A stretch of DNA of 64,000 bases from Patescibacteria group bacterium (lineage in GTDB: Bacteria; Patescibacteriota; Minisyncoccia; 2-02-FULL-40-12; IGHO2-01-FULL-4-A). The DNA is taken from contig JBBTSB010000010.1 in the NCBI GenBank assembly GCA_038064915.1, forward strand, positions 19,809 to 83,808. The letters run 5' to 3'. The position numbers and the translations under genes were made by a program. Positions 37,620-47,347 of this stretch are shown piece by piece (the first letter of the stretch is position 1; every line of letters starts with the position of its first letter). The notes under the pieces are model-generated. The model did not search any database. It was not told the DNA's origin and saw only the letters and a program-made list of their open reading frames with translations.

Positions 37620-40122
37620 TGTACTGCCGAAGAAAGATTCGGAAGGTTTTCGCGCGGGAAAGGTAGTAAATTTAAAGAGGAAGGAAGAAAGAAAGGAAGA
37701 AAGGCGAGAAGAAAGGACAGAAGAAATAAAAGAAGAAATAAAAGTCGAAGAACCAAGGGTATCTGTCGCAGATCAAATTGCCCGCCATGGCCCGGTCGCC
37801 GACTCCAGAGAAATTATTGCGCATGATATTGAGTCGGCATTGAAGGAGAGCAATCTCGTCGCTGATTTGGCACGAATGGGTGCAAAAATTCATCAGCCAC
37901 GCCCGACCGAACGGTCGTTCGGGCAGGCACAGCCGAAGGTTTCCACGCGCCCACGCGCCATTGAGCGTCCGATTCCGGAACCTCCACTTCCGGTAAAAAT
38001 CCCGAACGAACCGGATGAACACAAAGAACTCACAGATTTTTGGACAGCTCCTGCTTCTCAACAAAGCGAACCGACTGCCACGCTTGCTCGTATGCCGCAT
38101 GCGCCATTTGAACCGCGTCCCCATCGGCCCATTGCTCCATTGCATCTCTCTCCTGCGGCGCGCGATGTCGAACACTGGCTCCAGCAGGTAAAAACACGAA
38201 AACGACAAACCCTACCACGTCGCATCTTTACTCGCCGCAGTATGGTGGCGATGGTTGTTGGTTTTCTGGCTATCACGGGTGTAGCCGCGGCCGCATTTGT
38301 TTCCAGTGAGCTTGTTGTCCAAAAAGAAGCTCAGGTTCTTGGCAACAGCAACAATGCGATTGCCAATCTCGAAGCCGCAAAAACGGAATTGGAAGGGCTT
38401 AATTTTATTGGCGCGGCTGATCGCTTTGCGCTTGCCTATGAAGACTTTGGAAAAGCTTCCGGCACCATCAATAACTTTGGTGCTTCGTTCCTATCGTTCC
38501 TTCCCGGTTTAGGAAAAGTAAAATCCGCCCAAAATCTCGTTCAGGCGGGACAGTATATTTCTAAAGCGGGAGAGTCGCTTTCCCGTGCATTTGATAATCT
38601 CCATACCATCAATTTTTTTGCAGAGCAGTCTATAGCCAGTCCTATAGAGGATTTTCAAGACGTGTTGAAATTTGCAGACCAGAATATTTCCAAAGCAGGA
38701 AAATTGCTCAATGGAGTGGAGACTTCTGCTATTCCGGAAGAGAAACGGTCTACCTTCGAACACTTCCGGAAACAAGTTCCCAGCTTCCAAGCATACATTG
38801 GCCAGGCGCTTGAATACACCGACTTTCTGCTTGGATTTTTCGGTAAACGTTCTCCCAAGACTTATATGGTCCTTTTGCAGAACACCAGTGAGCGACGTCC
38901 CACCGGTGGGTTTCCCGGAACGTACGCGATCATTTCTTTTGACAAGGGAATGCTAAAAAAGGTCTTTGTTGACGACATTTATAACCCCGATGGCCAAATC
39001 AAGGTTAATATGATCCCACCAGTGCCTTTGCGGCACATTACTCCGAATTGGGGATTGCGCGATGTAAATTGGTTTGCTGATTTTCCTACCTCTGCCCGTA
39101 AAATCACTGAATATTACCAATACGATGGTGGTGCCGCGCTTGACGGTGTTTTTGCGATCACCCCCACCCTTATTGCACGGCTTCTCGAAGTGATTGGTCC
39201 GATCGAGATGCCCGAGTACGGAGTTACCCTCGATGCAAAGAATTTTTTGGCTGAAATTCAGGACGAAGTTGAATACGGCGAGAACCGAATCCAGCCCAAG
39301 AAAATTGTTATTGATTTCCAGGCAATATTTTTTGAAAAGCTTGCCGAACAAAAAGACAAGGATACCTGGGTGGCAATCATGAAAATATTTGTTGATGCCC
39401 TTCAGGAAAAACATATTCTGGCGTACGTTGCGGACCAAGCTCTCCAAGAGGAAGTGTTGGAAAATGGATTGGCCGGGCAGCTCAAAAAAACTGATGGCGA
39501 TTACCTCCAGGTCGCGATATCGAATGTGAAAGGCGTAAAAGCCGATGCGGTGACGGCCAATTCCATGAAATTATCGGTTGCCGACTCTACCCACGTTCTC
39601 ACGATAACCCGTGCTCACAACGGAGGAGATTCCAAGTATCCGTTTTACAATAAAGAGAATTTTTCCTACATAAAAGTCTACGTTCCCAAGGGTTCACAAT
39701 TTGTTCATGCAGAAGGATTTAGCAAGACGAACTACAAACCGCTCGTCAACTACAAAGACCTTGGATTTAACGAGGATCCTGATCTTGCAGCCGTGGAACG
39801 CACTATGACACATCCTGTTGAGGGAATTGATGTGTTTGAAGAGTCTGGGAAGACGGTATTTGGTTTTTGGCTCAATACAAAACCCAAGAAAGTGAACACG
39901 ATGACTCTTGCCTACGAAACGCCCGTACCCGGTACTGACCGGTATGATCTCCTATGGCAAAAACAGTCCGGTAGCGAAGGGGATCAGATGCACGTGAGCA
40001 TAACACCTCCGTCTCCTCTTGCTGTAAGGGGAGAGACAGAGGGAATACAGATCATTGGCAATACTGCGGTCTATGACAACGATCTCTCTCTCGACAGGGA
40101 AGTGAAAGTTGTGTTTAACTAG
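37564..40122 (+). CDS. DUF4012-domain membrane protein (polysaccharide-locus associated); N-terminal KEE low-complexity repeat
   Basis: Single TM around residue 230 and a large extracytoplasmic domain (…RRPTGGFPGTYAIISFDKG…). The real start may be the internal MPKQNIHL. Confidence 0.6.
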   Translation: MVYWKVRMPKQNIHLALFDVLPKKDSEGFRAGKVVNLKRKEERKEERREERTEEIKEEIKVEEPRVSVADQIARHGPVADSREIIAHDIESALKESNLVADLARMGAKIHQPRPTERSFGQAQPKVSTRPRAIERPIPEPPLPVKIPNEPDEHKELTDFWTAPASQQSEPTATLARMPHAPFEPRPHRPIAPLHLSPAARDVEHWLQQVKTRKRQTLPRRIFTRRSMVAMVVGFLAITGVAAAAFVSSELVVQKEAQVLGNSNNAIANLEAAKTELEGLNFIGAADRFALAYEDFGKASGTINNFGASFLSFLPGLGKVKSAQNLVQAGQYISKAGESLSRAFDNLHTINFFAEQSIASPIEDFQDVLKFADQNISKAGKLLNGVETSAIPEEKRSTFEHFRKQVPSFQAYIGQALEYTDFLLGFFGKRSPKTYMVLLQNTSERRPTGGFPGTYAIISFDKGMLKKVFVDDIYNPDGQIKVNMIPPVPLRHITPNWGLRDVNWFADFPTSARKITEYYQYDGGAALDGVFAITPTLIARLLEVIGPIEMPEYGVTLDAKNFLAEIQDEVEYGENRIQPKKIVIDFQAIFFEKLAEQKDKDTWVAIMKIFVDALQEKHILAYVADQALQEEVLENGLAGQLKKTDGDYLQVAISNVKGVKADAVTANSMKLSVADSTHVLTITRAHNGGDSKYPFYNKENFSYIKVYVPKGSQFVHAEGFSKTNYKPLVNYKDLGFNEDPDLAAVERTMTHPVEGIDVFEESGKTVFGFWLNTKPKKVNTMTLAYETPVPGTDRYDLLWQKQSGSEGDQMHVSITPPSPLAVRGETEGIQIIGNTAVYDNDLSLDREVKVVFN

Positions 40123-40127
40123 GTCTT

Positions 40128-41891
40128 GTGCACAATGTCAGAAATTTTGTAATAGTGGCCCATATTGACCACGGAAAATCGACGCTTGCCGATCGACTTT
40201 TGGAATTGACCGGTACCATCGAAAAGCGAAAAATGCAGGAGCAGTTTCTGGATACGATGGAATTGGAGCGCGAACGGGGTATTACCATTAAACTTCAGCC
40301 CGTGAGGATGCAGTACGGAGATTATATGTTGAATTTGATCGACACGCCGGGTCACGTAGACTTTACCTATGAAGTCTCACGCTCCCTGGCGGCGGTGGAG
40401 GGGGCGATTTTGTTGGTAGATGCGACCAAGGGCGTCCAAGCGCAAACTCTCGCCAATCTGCACCTGGCGCAACGCCAGGGTTTGGTGATTATTCCTGTCA
40501 TCAACAAAATAGACCTTCCCAATGCAAGAGTTGCTGAAGTGGAAGAAGAAATTACGAACATTCTTGTTGTCGAGCCATCAGACATTCTCAAAATCTCTGC
40601 AAAAGAAGGAAAAGGAGTGAAAGAAGTTCTTGATGCCGTGATTTCCCAAGTTCCTCCACCCAAAAACGGCAGCGATTTTCAAGCCCTCATTTTTGACTCT
40701 GCGTTTGATACCTACAAGGGTGTTCTCGCCTATGTCCGAGTATTTGGCGGTTCTGTCAAAGGGGGAGAAAAAATTCAATTTTTTGCATCAAAAACCCAGG
40801 CAGATGTTATTGAAGTTGGGATTTTTACGCCATCATTGAAAAAAACAGAAAGCTTGTCTGCGGGGGATATTGGCTACGTTGCTACGGGACTAAAAGACCT
40901 AGGACAGGTTCGCGTCGGGGACACTATCCACTATCCACTATCCAATTCTTCTCCACTTTCCGGCTACCAAGAGCCACGTCCGGTCGTATTTGCGAGTTTT
41001 TATCCGGAGAACGGAGAAGACTATGATAATCTTCGCGATGCGCTGGGAAAACTAAAATTAACCGATGCATCACTTGTGTACGAGCCGGAGTCCTCTCCCG
41101 CTTTGGGCCGTGGTTTTCGCCTTGGGTTTTTGGGGATGCTTCATGTGGAGATTATCAGCGAACGCTTGCGCCGTGAGTTTAAGCTTTCGCTCATTATTTC
41201 GACACCTTCTGTTGAGTATCACGTCACCACAAAACGTGGTGAAAGCATGATCGTGCGATCTGCAGCGCTTCTGCCTGATCCGAGTGTCATAGAAACACTC
41301 GAAGAACCGGTGGTTGCTTTGGAACTGTTGAGTCCTGTTGCTTATCTCGGGCCATTGATGACACTTTTATCTGAATACCGAAGTGCCTACCAAGCCACAG
41401 ATTATCTCACCAAGGAAATTGTCATTTTGAAATATACGGTACCTTTGGGAGAGATTATCACGGATTTTTATGATCGTCTTAAGTCGGTCAGTTCCGGCTA
41501 TGCCTCCATGAGCTATGAGCCGGCGGGATACCAGGCATCTGATTTGGTGCGCCTTGATATTTTGGTGGCAGGGGATTTGGTGGAGCCGTTCTCGCGAATC
41601 GTGCCTCGTCCTGCCGCATATCATGAAGGCAAGAGAGTTATAGAAAAATTGAAAGAAGTACTTCCCCGCCAGTGGTTTGTGGTTACGCTCCAAGCCGCAA
41701 TCGGCGGCAAGATCATCGCCCGGGAGACCATCAGTGCCCTACGCAAGGACGTGACGGGGTATCTCTACGGTGGTGACGTTACACGCAAGAAAAAACTGCT
41801 TGAAAAGCAGAAAAAAGGGAAGAAACGCATGCAAGCATCCGGTAAGGTGGAAATTCCCCAGACCGTATTCCTCGAAATGCTCAAAAAGTGA
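40128..41891 (+). CDS. lepA: elongation factor 4 (LepA)
   Basis: NFVIVAHIDHGKSTLADR GTPase domain and LepA C-terminal domain. Confidence 0.95.
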   Translation: MHNVRNFVIVAHIDHGKSTLADRLLELTGTIEKRKMQEQFLDTMELERERGITIKLQPVRMQYGDYMLNLIDTPGHVDFTYEVSRSLAAVEGAILLVDATKGVQAQTLANLHLAQRQGLVIIPVINKIDLPNARVAEVEEEITNILVVEPSDILKISAKEGKGVKEVLDAVISQVPPPKNGSDFQALIFDSAFDTYKGVLAYVRVFGGSVKGGEKIQFFASKTQADVIEVGIFTPSLKKTESLSAGDIGYVATGLKDLGQVRVGDTIHYPLSNSSPLSGYQEPRPVVFASFYPENGEDYDNLRDALGKLKLTDASLVYEPESSPALGRGFRLGFLGMLHVEIISERLRREFKLSLIISTPSVEYHVTTKRGESMIVRSAALLPDPSVIETLEEPVVALELLSPVAYLGPLMTLLSEYRSAYQATDYLTKEIVILKYTVPLGEIITDFYDRLKSVSSGYASMSYEPAGYQASDLVRLDILVAGDLVEPFSRIVPRPAAYHEGKRVIEKLKEVLPRQWFVVTLQAAIGGKIIARETISALRKDVTGYLYGGDVTRKKKLLEKQKKGKKRMQASGKVEIPQTVFLEMLKK

Positions 41892-41979
41892 TATGCTTTA
41901 GTATCCGAATGCTGGAATCAGCAAAAAAGTAATCATTGCCAGGATTACCAGGACGGCTACCACAATACCAAAAATACGC

Positions 41980-42420
41980 ATGAGTATCATTGTACGGGAA
42001 AACGAGGAAAAAATAAAGGAGATACGTGAGCACAAGTTGGTTCTCGTGCCGCGTTTTGTCTTTTGGATTGCGGTGATCATTCTTTTGGGAGTATGGGACT
42101 CCCCGCAGTTCGTATTGATTGGCGTGGCGATTGTTGCGTTCCTGTCTCTTTTGATCAAGATATTTCGATGGGAGTATACCATGCTTGTACTCACGAATCA
42201 GCGCATTGTTTGCCAGGTACAAAAGGGGCTATTTTCTCGCAACACCATAGAACTCCTGTACAAAGATATCAAAGAGCTTTCCTATGCAAACCGAGGCATC
42301 GGGGGAACGATGTTCAACTATGGCGATCTCAAGCTAAGCACCGCGGCAGATGTCACGCATACGTTTGAGCATATACCTGAACCCGATCATGTAGTTGAGC
42401 TTATTGGGAAGATGCGATGA
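41980..42420 (+). CDS. bacterial PH-domain (bPH_2/DUF304) membrane protein
   Basis: Two TMs followed by a TNQRIV…KGLFSR… PH-like domain. Confidence 0.6.
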   Translation: MSIIVRENEEKIKEIREHKLVLVPRFVFWIAVIILLGVWDSPQFVLIGVAIVAFLSLLIKIFRWEYTMLVLTNQRIVCQVQKGLFSRNTIELLYKDIKELSYANRGIGGTMFNYGDLKLSTAADVTHTFEHIPEPDHVVELIGKMR

Positions 42421-42782
42421 TGTTGCGAACTGTGTTTCAATCAAAATGGGTGACAGCGATAGGCATTTTTGCCCTTGTGCTTTTGGGGACGATTGTTGTT
42501 CGGCGTCTTGACCCGCTGCGAGACGCGCAACTCGAAGTGCGGCAGGTGCAAGAGAAAATCAGTGAGGCCCAACAATTGCGGGAAACTATCAAGAAGAAGC
42601 AGGAGTATGCCTACAGTACTTCGTATTTGGAACGTCAGGCGCGCCTCAAGCTCAACTATAAAAAACCAGGAGAAGAAGTGGTGTATGTCTATCGCCAGGA
42701 TTCCCAGGAATCACCCCAACCTATTGCCAAACCCCGCTCAAATTTGCGAGAATGGTTGGATTATCTTTGGGGAAGTGAATAG
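42417..42782 (+). CDS. septum formation initiator (FtsB/DivIC-like)
   Basis: N-terminal TM, coiled coil, …YLERQARLKLNYKKPGEEVV motif. Confidence 0.65.
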   Translation: MMLRTVFQSKWVTAIGIFALVLLGTIVVRRLDPLRDAQLEVRQVQEKISEAQQLRETIKKKQEYAYSTSYLERQARLKLNYKKPGEEVVYVYRQDSQESPQPIAKPRSNLREWLDYLWGSE

Positions 42783-42799
42783 TGGATAGTGAATAGTAT

Positions 42800-42871
42800 G
42801 CGGGTGTGGTTCAATGGTAGAACACGACCTTCCCAAGGTTGAGACGTGGGTCCGATTCCCATCACCCGCTC
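42800..42871 (+). tRNA. tRNA-Gly (anticodon CCC)
   Basis: Cloverleaf GCGGGTG acceptor / CACCCGC; D-arm GTTC..GAAC; anticodon stem CGACC/GGTTG with loop TTCCCAA; T-arm GTGGG-TCCGATT-CCCAT; no encoded CCA. Confidence 0.8.
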
Positions 42872-42900
42872 ACTTGCTCATTGTGGCAGAATTTGCCATA

Positions 42901-43176
42901 ATGGCACAAATGGCAACTGTTCATGAAAAGATTGTGGCAATGCTGGCAACTGTTCAGGAAATGAGGAAAATGCTCAAATCTGGGGAAAAAGCTGATGATA
43001 TTGTTGCGCTTGTGGAGCAGCGATTGCGCATTTCCCAGAAGGACCTTCTGGCCACCTTCCCTCAAATAAGCTCTCGAACCATACGTCGTCGGCTGGACAC
43101 CCTCATTCGGCAGAGTAGGCTTTTGCGTCGCAAAGAGGGGAAGGAAGTCTATTATCTCGCTTATCCACAAAAATGA
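42901..43176 (+). CDS. small winged-helix DNA-binding-like protein (91 aa)
   Basis: ATG 42901 within ORF 42814..43176, whose 5' part would overlap the tRNA. C-terminal …SSRTIRRRLDTLIRQSRLLRRK… looks HTH/wing-like. Confidence 0.4.
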   Translation: MAQMATVHEKIVAMLATVQEMRKMLKSGEKADDIVALVEQRLRISQKDLLATFPQISSRTIRRRLDTLIRQSRLLRRKEGKEVYYLAYPQK

Positions 43177-43536
43177 GCTTGACCGCCGATTTTTATTCTG
43201 TTAGCATCAGTGTCAGATTTGCGGTTAGTGTACGTTATGAATAGGTAGGACAATGCTCAATATCGCATCCATATAACCCAAGGGAAGTTTTTCATTTCGC
43301 TTGGATTTTGTGTGCATAGGTGAGCTTTCGGAGAGAACATTGACAACTAAATACTAGTAGTTAGTTGTTTATGTTTCTTCAGTTGTTCGTCAGAAAATTC
43401 CATGGATTCTCCAAGAGGACCTTGTGTCGGTCGATCATGTCCGCCGAAAGGCGGGCAAGCGGAATTCATGAGATTAATAATTCTCTTCATGCCAGGTCAT
43501 ATGACAAGGCAGTGAGAGATACAGAAAAAATTATTT

Positions 43537-46500
43537 ATGAGTATAGCAACTATCAGAGCAATGTCTTCCAAAAAGACCTTGCTGATCGTAGTCGCCGCGG
43601 CAGCTATCGCTGCAGTCGGAGTATTCTTTGCTCTTCAGCAAGCTGCTCCCACGCAAAGCGTTAGCGCTTTCCAGCCGGGCGACGCCGGTCTTGTAAACGG
43701 GAATCTCATTACTGCCTACAATCAGGCAGGAGACCCCGATGTTTTCGTTATTAAAGAAGTCTATCCTACGGCCACGAAGCGCGTTTTCCAAAACGAAGCG
43801 ATCGGCCGCATGTATGGACAGTTCGGTTATGCGGGTATTTTCACCCCTGGCGTGATCAAGCAAGTTTCCGCATCCACTCGTGATGCGTTTACTCTTGGCT
43901 GCTATGTGAGAAATGCCGAAACGAATGATCCGAAGGTCTACTATCGTAATTCCACGGGTCCCGATACCGCTACGCTCCACTGGGTCAATGTGACCGCAGC
44001 TGAAGCGAATGCCGCAGATTCGATGTTCTTCCCCAAGACATTCGATATCAACAACGCAGAGTTCAACTTCTACGCGCAGGGAGCTGCATACACCAGTATG
44101 TCTCAAATCCCGGCCTGTACGACTGGTGGATCTGCAACTCCAGTACCGGTTCCAGGTGCGGTTTCCGCAAGCCTCTCTCCCGCCAACCCTGCTTCGGCAA
44201 CGGTTACGGGTGGAGCGAGTGGTGTGGAAATGCTCCGTGTCCGCCTGACGGGAACGGGGACACTTAGCACGGTTACCTTCAAGCGCATTGGCGCAGGTTC
44301 CGCGAATGATTTCAGCAATGTATACATCTATGATGGTGCTACCCGCTTGACTTCAGGAAAATCAGTTTCCACGTCAACCGGTGAAACAACCTTCATTAGC
44401 TTGAACATTGCTGTCAACGGTTCGAAAGATCTTTCCCTCGTAGCTGACATTGCTGCCGGACAGACAGCAGGAAACGTAAACGGATTCCAGATAGCTTCCA
44501 TGGGATTGGTTGCCGGTACCGTGACTGGTTTGCCGATTTCCGGCAACCTCTTTACGATGGCCGGAGCTGACAGTGGCATCCTTGATGTCGCGAAAGTGGG
44601 TTCAATCCCCAACCCCGTTGTAGGCCAGAAAGGCGCACAGTTGTCTGAATTTAGACTCACTTCCAACACGGAAGGCTCATGGGTGAAGCGTGTCACTCTC
44701 TTGCAGGGCGGTACGGTCAAGGCCTCTGACATCACCAATGTCAAGATCAAAACCGGTACGACCGAATGGAGCGGTACGGTTACCTCTACCGGCTACCTCG
44801 TCTTCGATATGGGCAGTGGATTCTTCATTGCAAAAGGCGGAGACGCAATCTTCAAGGTCTATGGAGATATGGCAGGCAAGAAGGATGAAGATGTCAATCT
44901 TTACTTCGAATATGCGTCAGATCTATGGGCGGTAGGTGACCAGTTTGGATTCGGTATGAACACCGCATCCGGCACTGCGAACAAAGGTATTGATGCCCTT
45001 GATGCGGCTTCTGAAGCGCACGACGTGACCCTCCAAGGTGGAGCTCTCACGATCGCCTTCAATGGACCGTCCGCAGGGAACATAGGTACCAATACCTCCG
45101 ACACGACCCTCTTGAGAGTATCCATGACTGCAGTTTCGAACATCGAAATCCGCAAGACGGAATTGACTCTCTGTAAGGATCCTGCCGGTGACGGCTCATT
45201 TGGCAATGCCGCAGATACCGACAGCGGTTGGTCAGATATCACCGATATCAAGATGACCGATGAAGCGGCGGGAGGACTTGGTACAGTTCTTGGTCCAGAA
45301 GATGGATCAGCATTTACCACGTCTGATTCCGGCACTTGTGAGGACAGCGTGACCGGAGCTCAAAAGAGCTTCAACAATTCGTTTGTCCTTATGGGCGGAA
45401 AGACCTACAGCTTCAAAGTTACGGGTGATATCAACACTGCAAACACTGATGGTAATGGCGTTGCATTGAGCGCTGCTGATGCGATGCAGCTCTTCCTCGA
45501 CAACTATGCTGATGACACTCCGGATGTGACCATCATGAAATATGATGGTACCAACACGGCAGTTGCGGATGCGGATATTGTTCCGCAATCTGACATCGGC
45601 GGAGGCATCCAGACACTCCAAGCTTCTTCGCTGACGCTTGGTTTGAGCTCGGGTGTTAATGACCAAAGCTTTGTACGTGGCACCCAGGGAATCACGGCAG
45701 TTGGTCTTACCTTCAAGTCGGCGCAAGCTTCAGACATGACGGTGACCGATCTCGTGTTGACAGGGTACTTCTCCGAAGCGGGTTCTACATTCGTAGTCGG
45801 TTCTGATACCACCACGAGTGTTGCGGATCTGGTGAGCGGCGTATCGCTCTATGAAATAGAGTCCAATACGACCATCGCCACGACCCCAACCAGCAACCAG
45901 CTTTCGAACACCACCGGTACGGTGACGTTCAATGGCTTGAACTGGAAAATCCCCGCAGGCGCTACCAAGACGCTTGGCGTAAAAGTCAACCTTGGAAGCA
46001 ATGCACTTGCCGACACCGATTACTTCGCATTCGATATCAACGCGACGACGGATGTCACCGCGCTTGATAAAGATTCGCGTACGGTAAATGCCGGCAACGC
46101 CGATCCAAACAACAGCACCAGCGCTACTACCGTGGTCACCGTCCTCAACTCTGGTTCACTGGCAGTTGCGGTTGCTACGGCAACCACGCCACGTGACCAC
46201 GCAGTCTACTGGGGACAAACCGGTGACTCTGCAGGTGTATGGCGCTTCACGTCAACCAATGAGGCCCAGTACCTAAAGACCCTGCAGTTCGGTGAATACG
46301 ATGCAGGTGGTACCCAGGAAACGGATCTTGCGACCAACGCAAGGACTGTCTACCTTGAGTACAAGAACAAGCTCGGACAGACATTGACAGCCAGCGGAGC
46401 CTTGAGCACTGCGGGAACGACATCATTCGGATTCTCCGATGATGCGACCAGCCCCTACGTACCCAAGGACAGCAGCATGGATGTCACCATCAAGGTTGAC

Positions 46501-47250
46501 TACAAGAACAAGACTGAAGGTGCCTCAACTGGTAAGACCTGGGACTTTGACTTCATCCCCAACACCAGCTCCGGAACTTCAATGTTCAAGGCGATTGGTG
46601 AGGGTTCAGGTGTAGTCATAGATGGTCAGGACACCGGTTTTACGGCGGCAGTCGACCAGGACACAGCAGGTACGGATATCATCATCTACCGTGTGTTCCC
46701 AGAGTTCAAGCTGATTACGCCAACCACGACGAATCTTTCGGTCGTAGATCCGATAGTCTCCTTCACGGTGACTGCCAAGGGTCTTTCCGACTCGAGAGTC
46801 TTCTTCGATGGTACAGCAGCTGGTTCTGGTTCAATCAAGTTCGCGGTGCTCGCCTCCGGGCGTGGCATCACGGCTGATCCGAACTTCACCGTCCGCAAGG
46901 GCGATGGTGTGGTCGTCGACACGGGATCCATCACTGATGCTCCGTTCGCGATCGCTGGACAGCGCGCCAGTATGACTATCGACTTCGGAACCCTGGATGT
47001 GGAAATCACGGGTGGTACTACCCAGACATTCCACGTCTACCTAGATTCGGTTTCAGACTTCAATACACCGGCTCAGTCAAACCCGGCGGTTGCAGCTGAC
47101 TACTTCCAGGTACAGCTCCGAGACGATGAGAACAGTCTGGTCAACTGGGTTGATAGTTCGACGAACTCGTCGAATGACCTCGATACCCAATCAACGTCAG
47201 GGTACTTAATGTACCTGCCGATGAGCGGATATCAGTTCATCGCCCAGTAG
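43537..47250 (+). CDS. 1237-aa secreted Thr/Ser/Gly/Ala-rich, essentially Cys-free, beta-rich surface (S-layer-like) protein; N-terminal ~140-aa domain shared with 31414..33576
   Basis: Signal/anchor sequence; strong compositional bias; long 5' leader; strong terminator downstream. Confidence 0.8.
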   Translation: MSIATIRAMSSKKTLLIVVAAAAIAAVGVFFALQQAAPTQSVSAFQPGDAGLVNGNLITAYNQAGDPDVFVIKEVYPTATKRVFQNEAIGRMYGQFGYAGIFTPGVIKQVSASTRDAFTLGCYVRNAETNDPKVYYRNSTGPDTATLHWVNVTAAEANAADSMFFPKTFDINNAEFNFYAQGAAYTSMSQIPACTTGGSATPVPVPGAVSASLSPANPASATVTGGASGVEMLRVRLTGTGTLSTVTFKRIGAGSANDFSNVYIYDGATRLTSGKSVSTSTGETTFISLNIAVNGSKDLSLVADIAAGQTAGNVNGFQIASMGLVAGTVTGLPISGNLFTMAGADSGILDVAKVGSIPNPVVGQKGAQLSEFRLTSNTEGSWVKRVTLLQGGTVKASDITNVKIKTGTTEWSGTVTSTGYLVFDMGSGFFIAKGGDAIFKVYGDMAGKKDEDVNLYFEYASDLWAVGDQFGFGMNTASGTANKGIDALDAASEAHDVTLQGGALTIAFNGPSAGNIGTNTSDTTLLRVSMTAVSNIEIRKTELTLCKDPAGDGSFGNAADTDSGWSDITDIKMTDEAAGGLGTVLGPEDGSAFTTSDSGTCEDSVTGAQKSFNNSFVLMGGKTYSFKVTGDINTANTDGNGVALSAADAMQLFLDNYADDTPDVTIMKYDGTNTAVADADIVPQSDIGGGIQTLQASSLTLGLSSGVNDQSFVRGTQGITAVGLTFKSAQASDMTVTDLVLTGYFSEAGSTFVVGSDTTTSVADLVSGVSLYEIESNTTIATTPTSNQLSNTTGTVTFNGLNWKIPAGATKTLGVKVNLGSNALADTDYFAFDINATTDVTALDKDSRTVNAGNADPNNSTSATTVVTVLNSGSLAVAVATATTPRDHAVYWGQTGDSAGVWRFTSTNEAQYLKTLQFGEYDAGGTQETDLATNARTVYLEYKNKLGQTLTASGALSTAGTTSFGFSDDATSPYVPKDSSMDVTIKVDYKNKTEGASTGKTWDFDFIPNTSSGTSMFKAIGEGSGVVIDGQDTGFTAAVDQDTAGTDIIIYRVFPEFKLITPTTTNLSVVDPIVSFTVTAKGLSDSRVFFDGTAAGSGSIKFAVLASGRGITADPNFTVRKGDGVVVDTGSITDAPFAIAGQRASMTIDFGTLDVEITGGTTQTFHVYLDSVSDFNTPAQSNPAVAADYFQVQLRDDENSLVNWVDSSTNSSNDLDTQSTSGYLMYLPMSGYQFIAQ

Positions 47251-47257
47251 AGAGTAG

Positions 47258-47298
47258 AATAGGACCTGTAGGACCAATCGGACATATAGGACCTATGG
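47258..47298. repeat. intergenic cluster of ATAGG(A/T)CC palindromic units (…AATAGGACCTGTAGGACC…ATAGGACCTAT…)
   Basis: The palindromic 11-mer ATAGGACCTAT is also seen at 47630..47662 and 52383..52417. Confidence 0.6.
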
Positions 47299-47330
47299 CA
47301 AACCCCCGCTTTGAAAAAAGCGGGGGTTTT
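47299..47330 (+). terminator. Rho-independent terminator AAACCCCCGCTTT-GAAA-AAAGCGGGGGTTTT
   Basis: perfect GC-rich stem plus U-tract. Confidence 0.85.
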
Positions 47331-47347
47331 GCTATGATGGGAAAGCT

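Noticed and set aside
41898-42194. Minus-strand 98-aa ORF overlapping the bPH-domain gene
   Set aside because: The plus-strand protein has a recognisable DUF304/bPH_2 architecture; the minus ORF is its antisense and has no signals.
43365-43664. 99-aa ORF in the leader of the S-layer-like gene
   Set aside because: It overlaps the start of the 1237-aa gene in another frame and lies within a long AT-rich untranslated leader with promoter and hairpin features.
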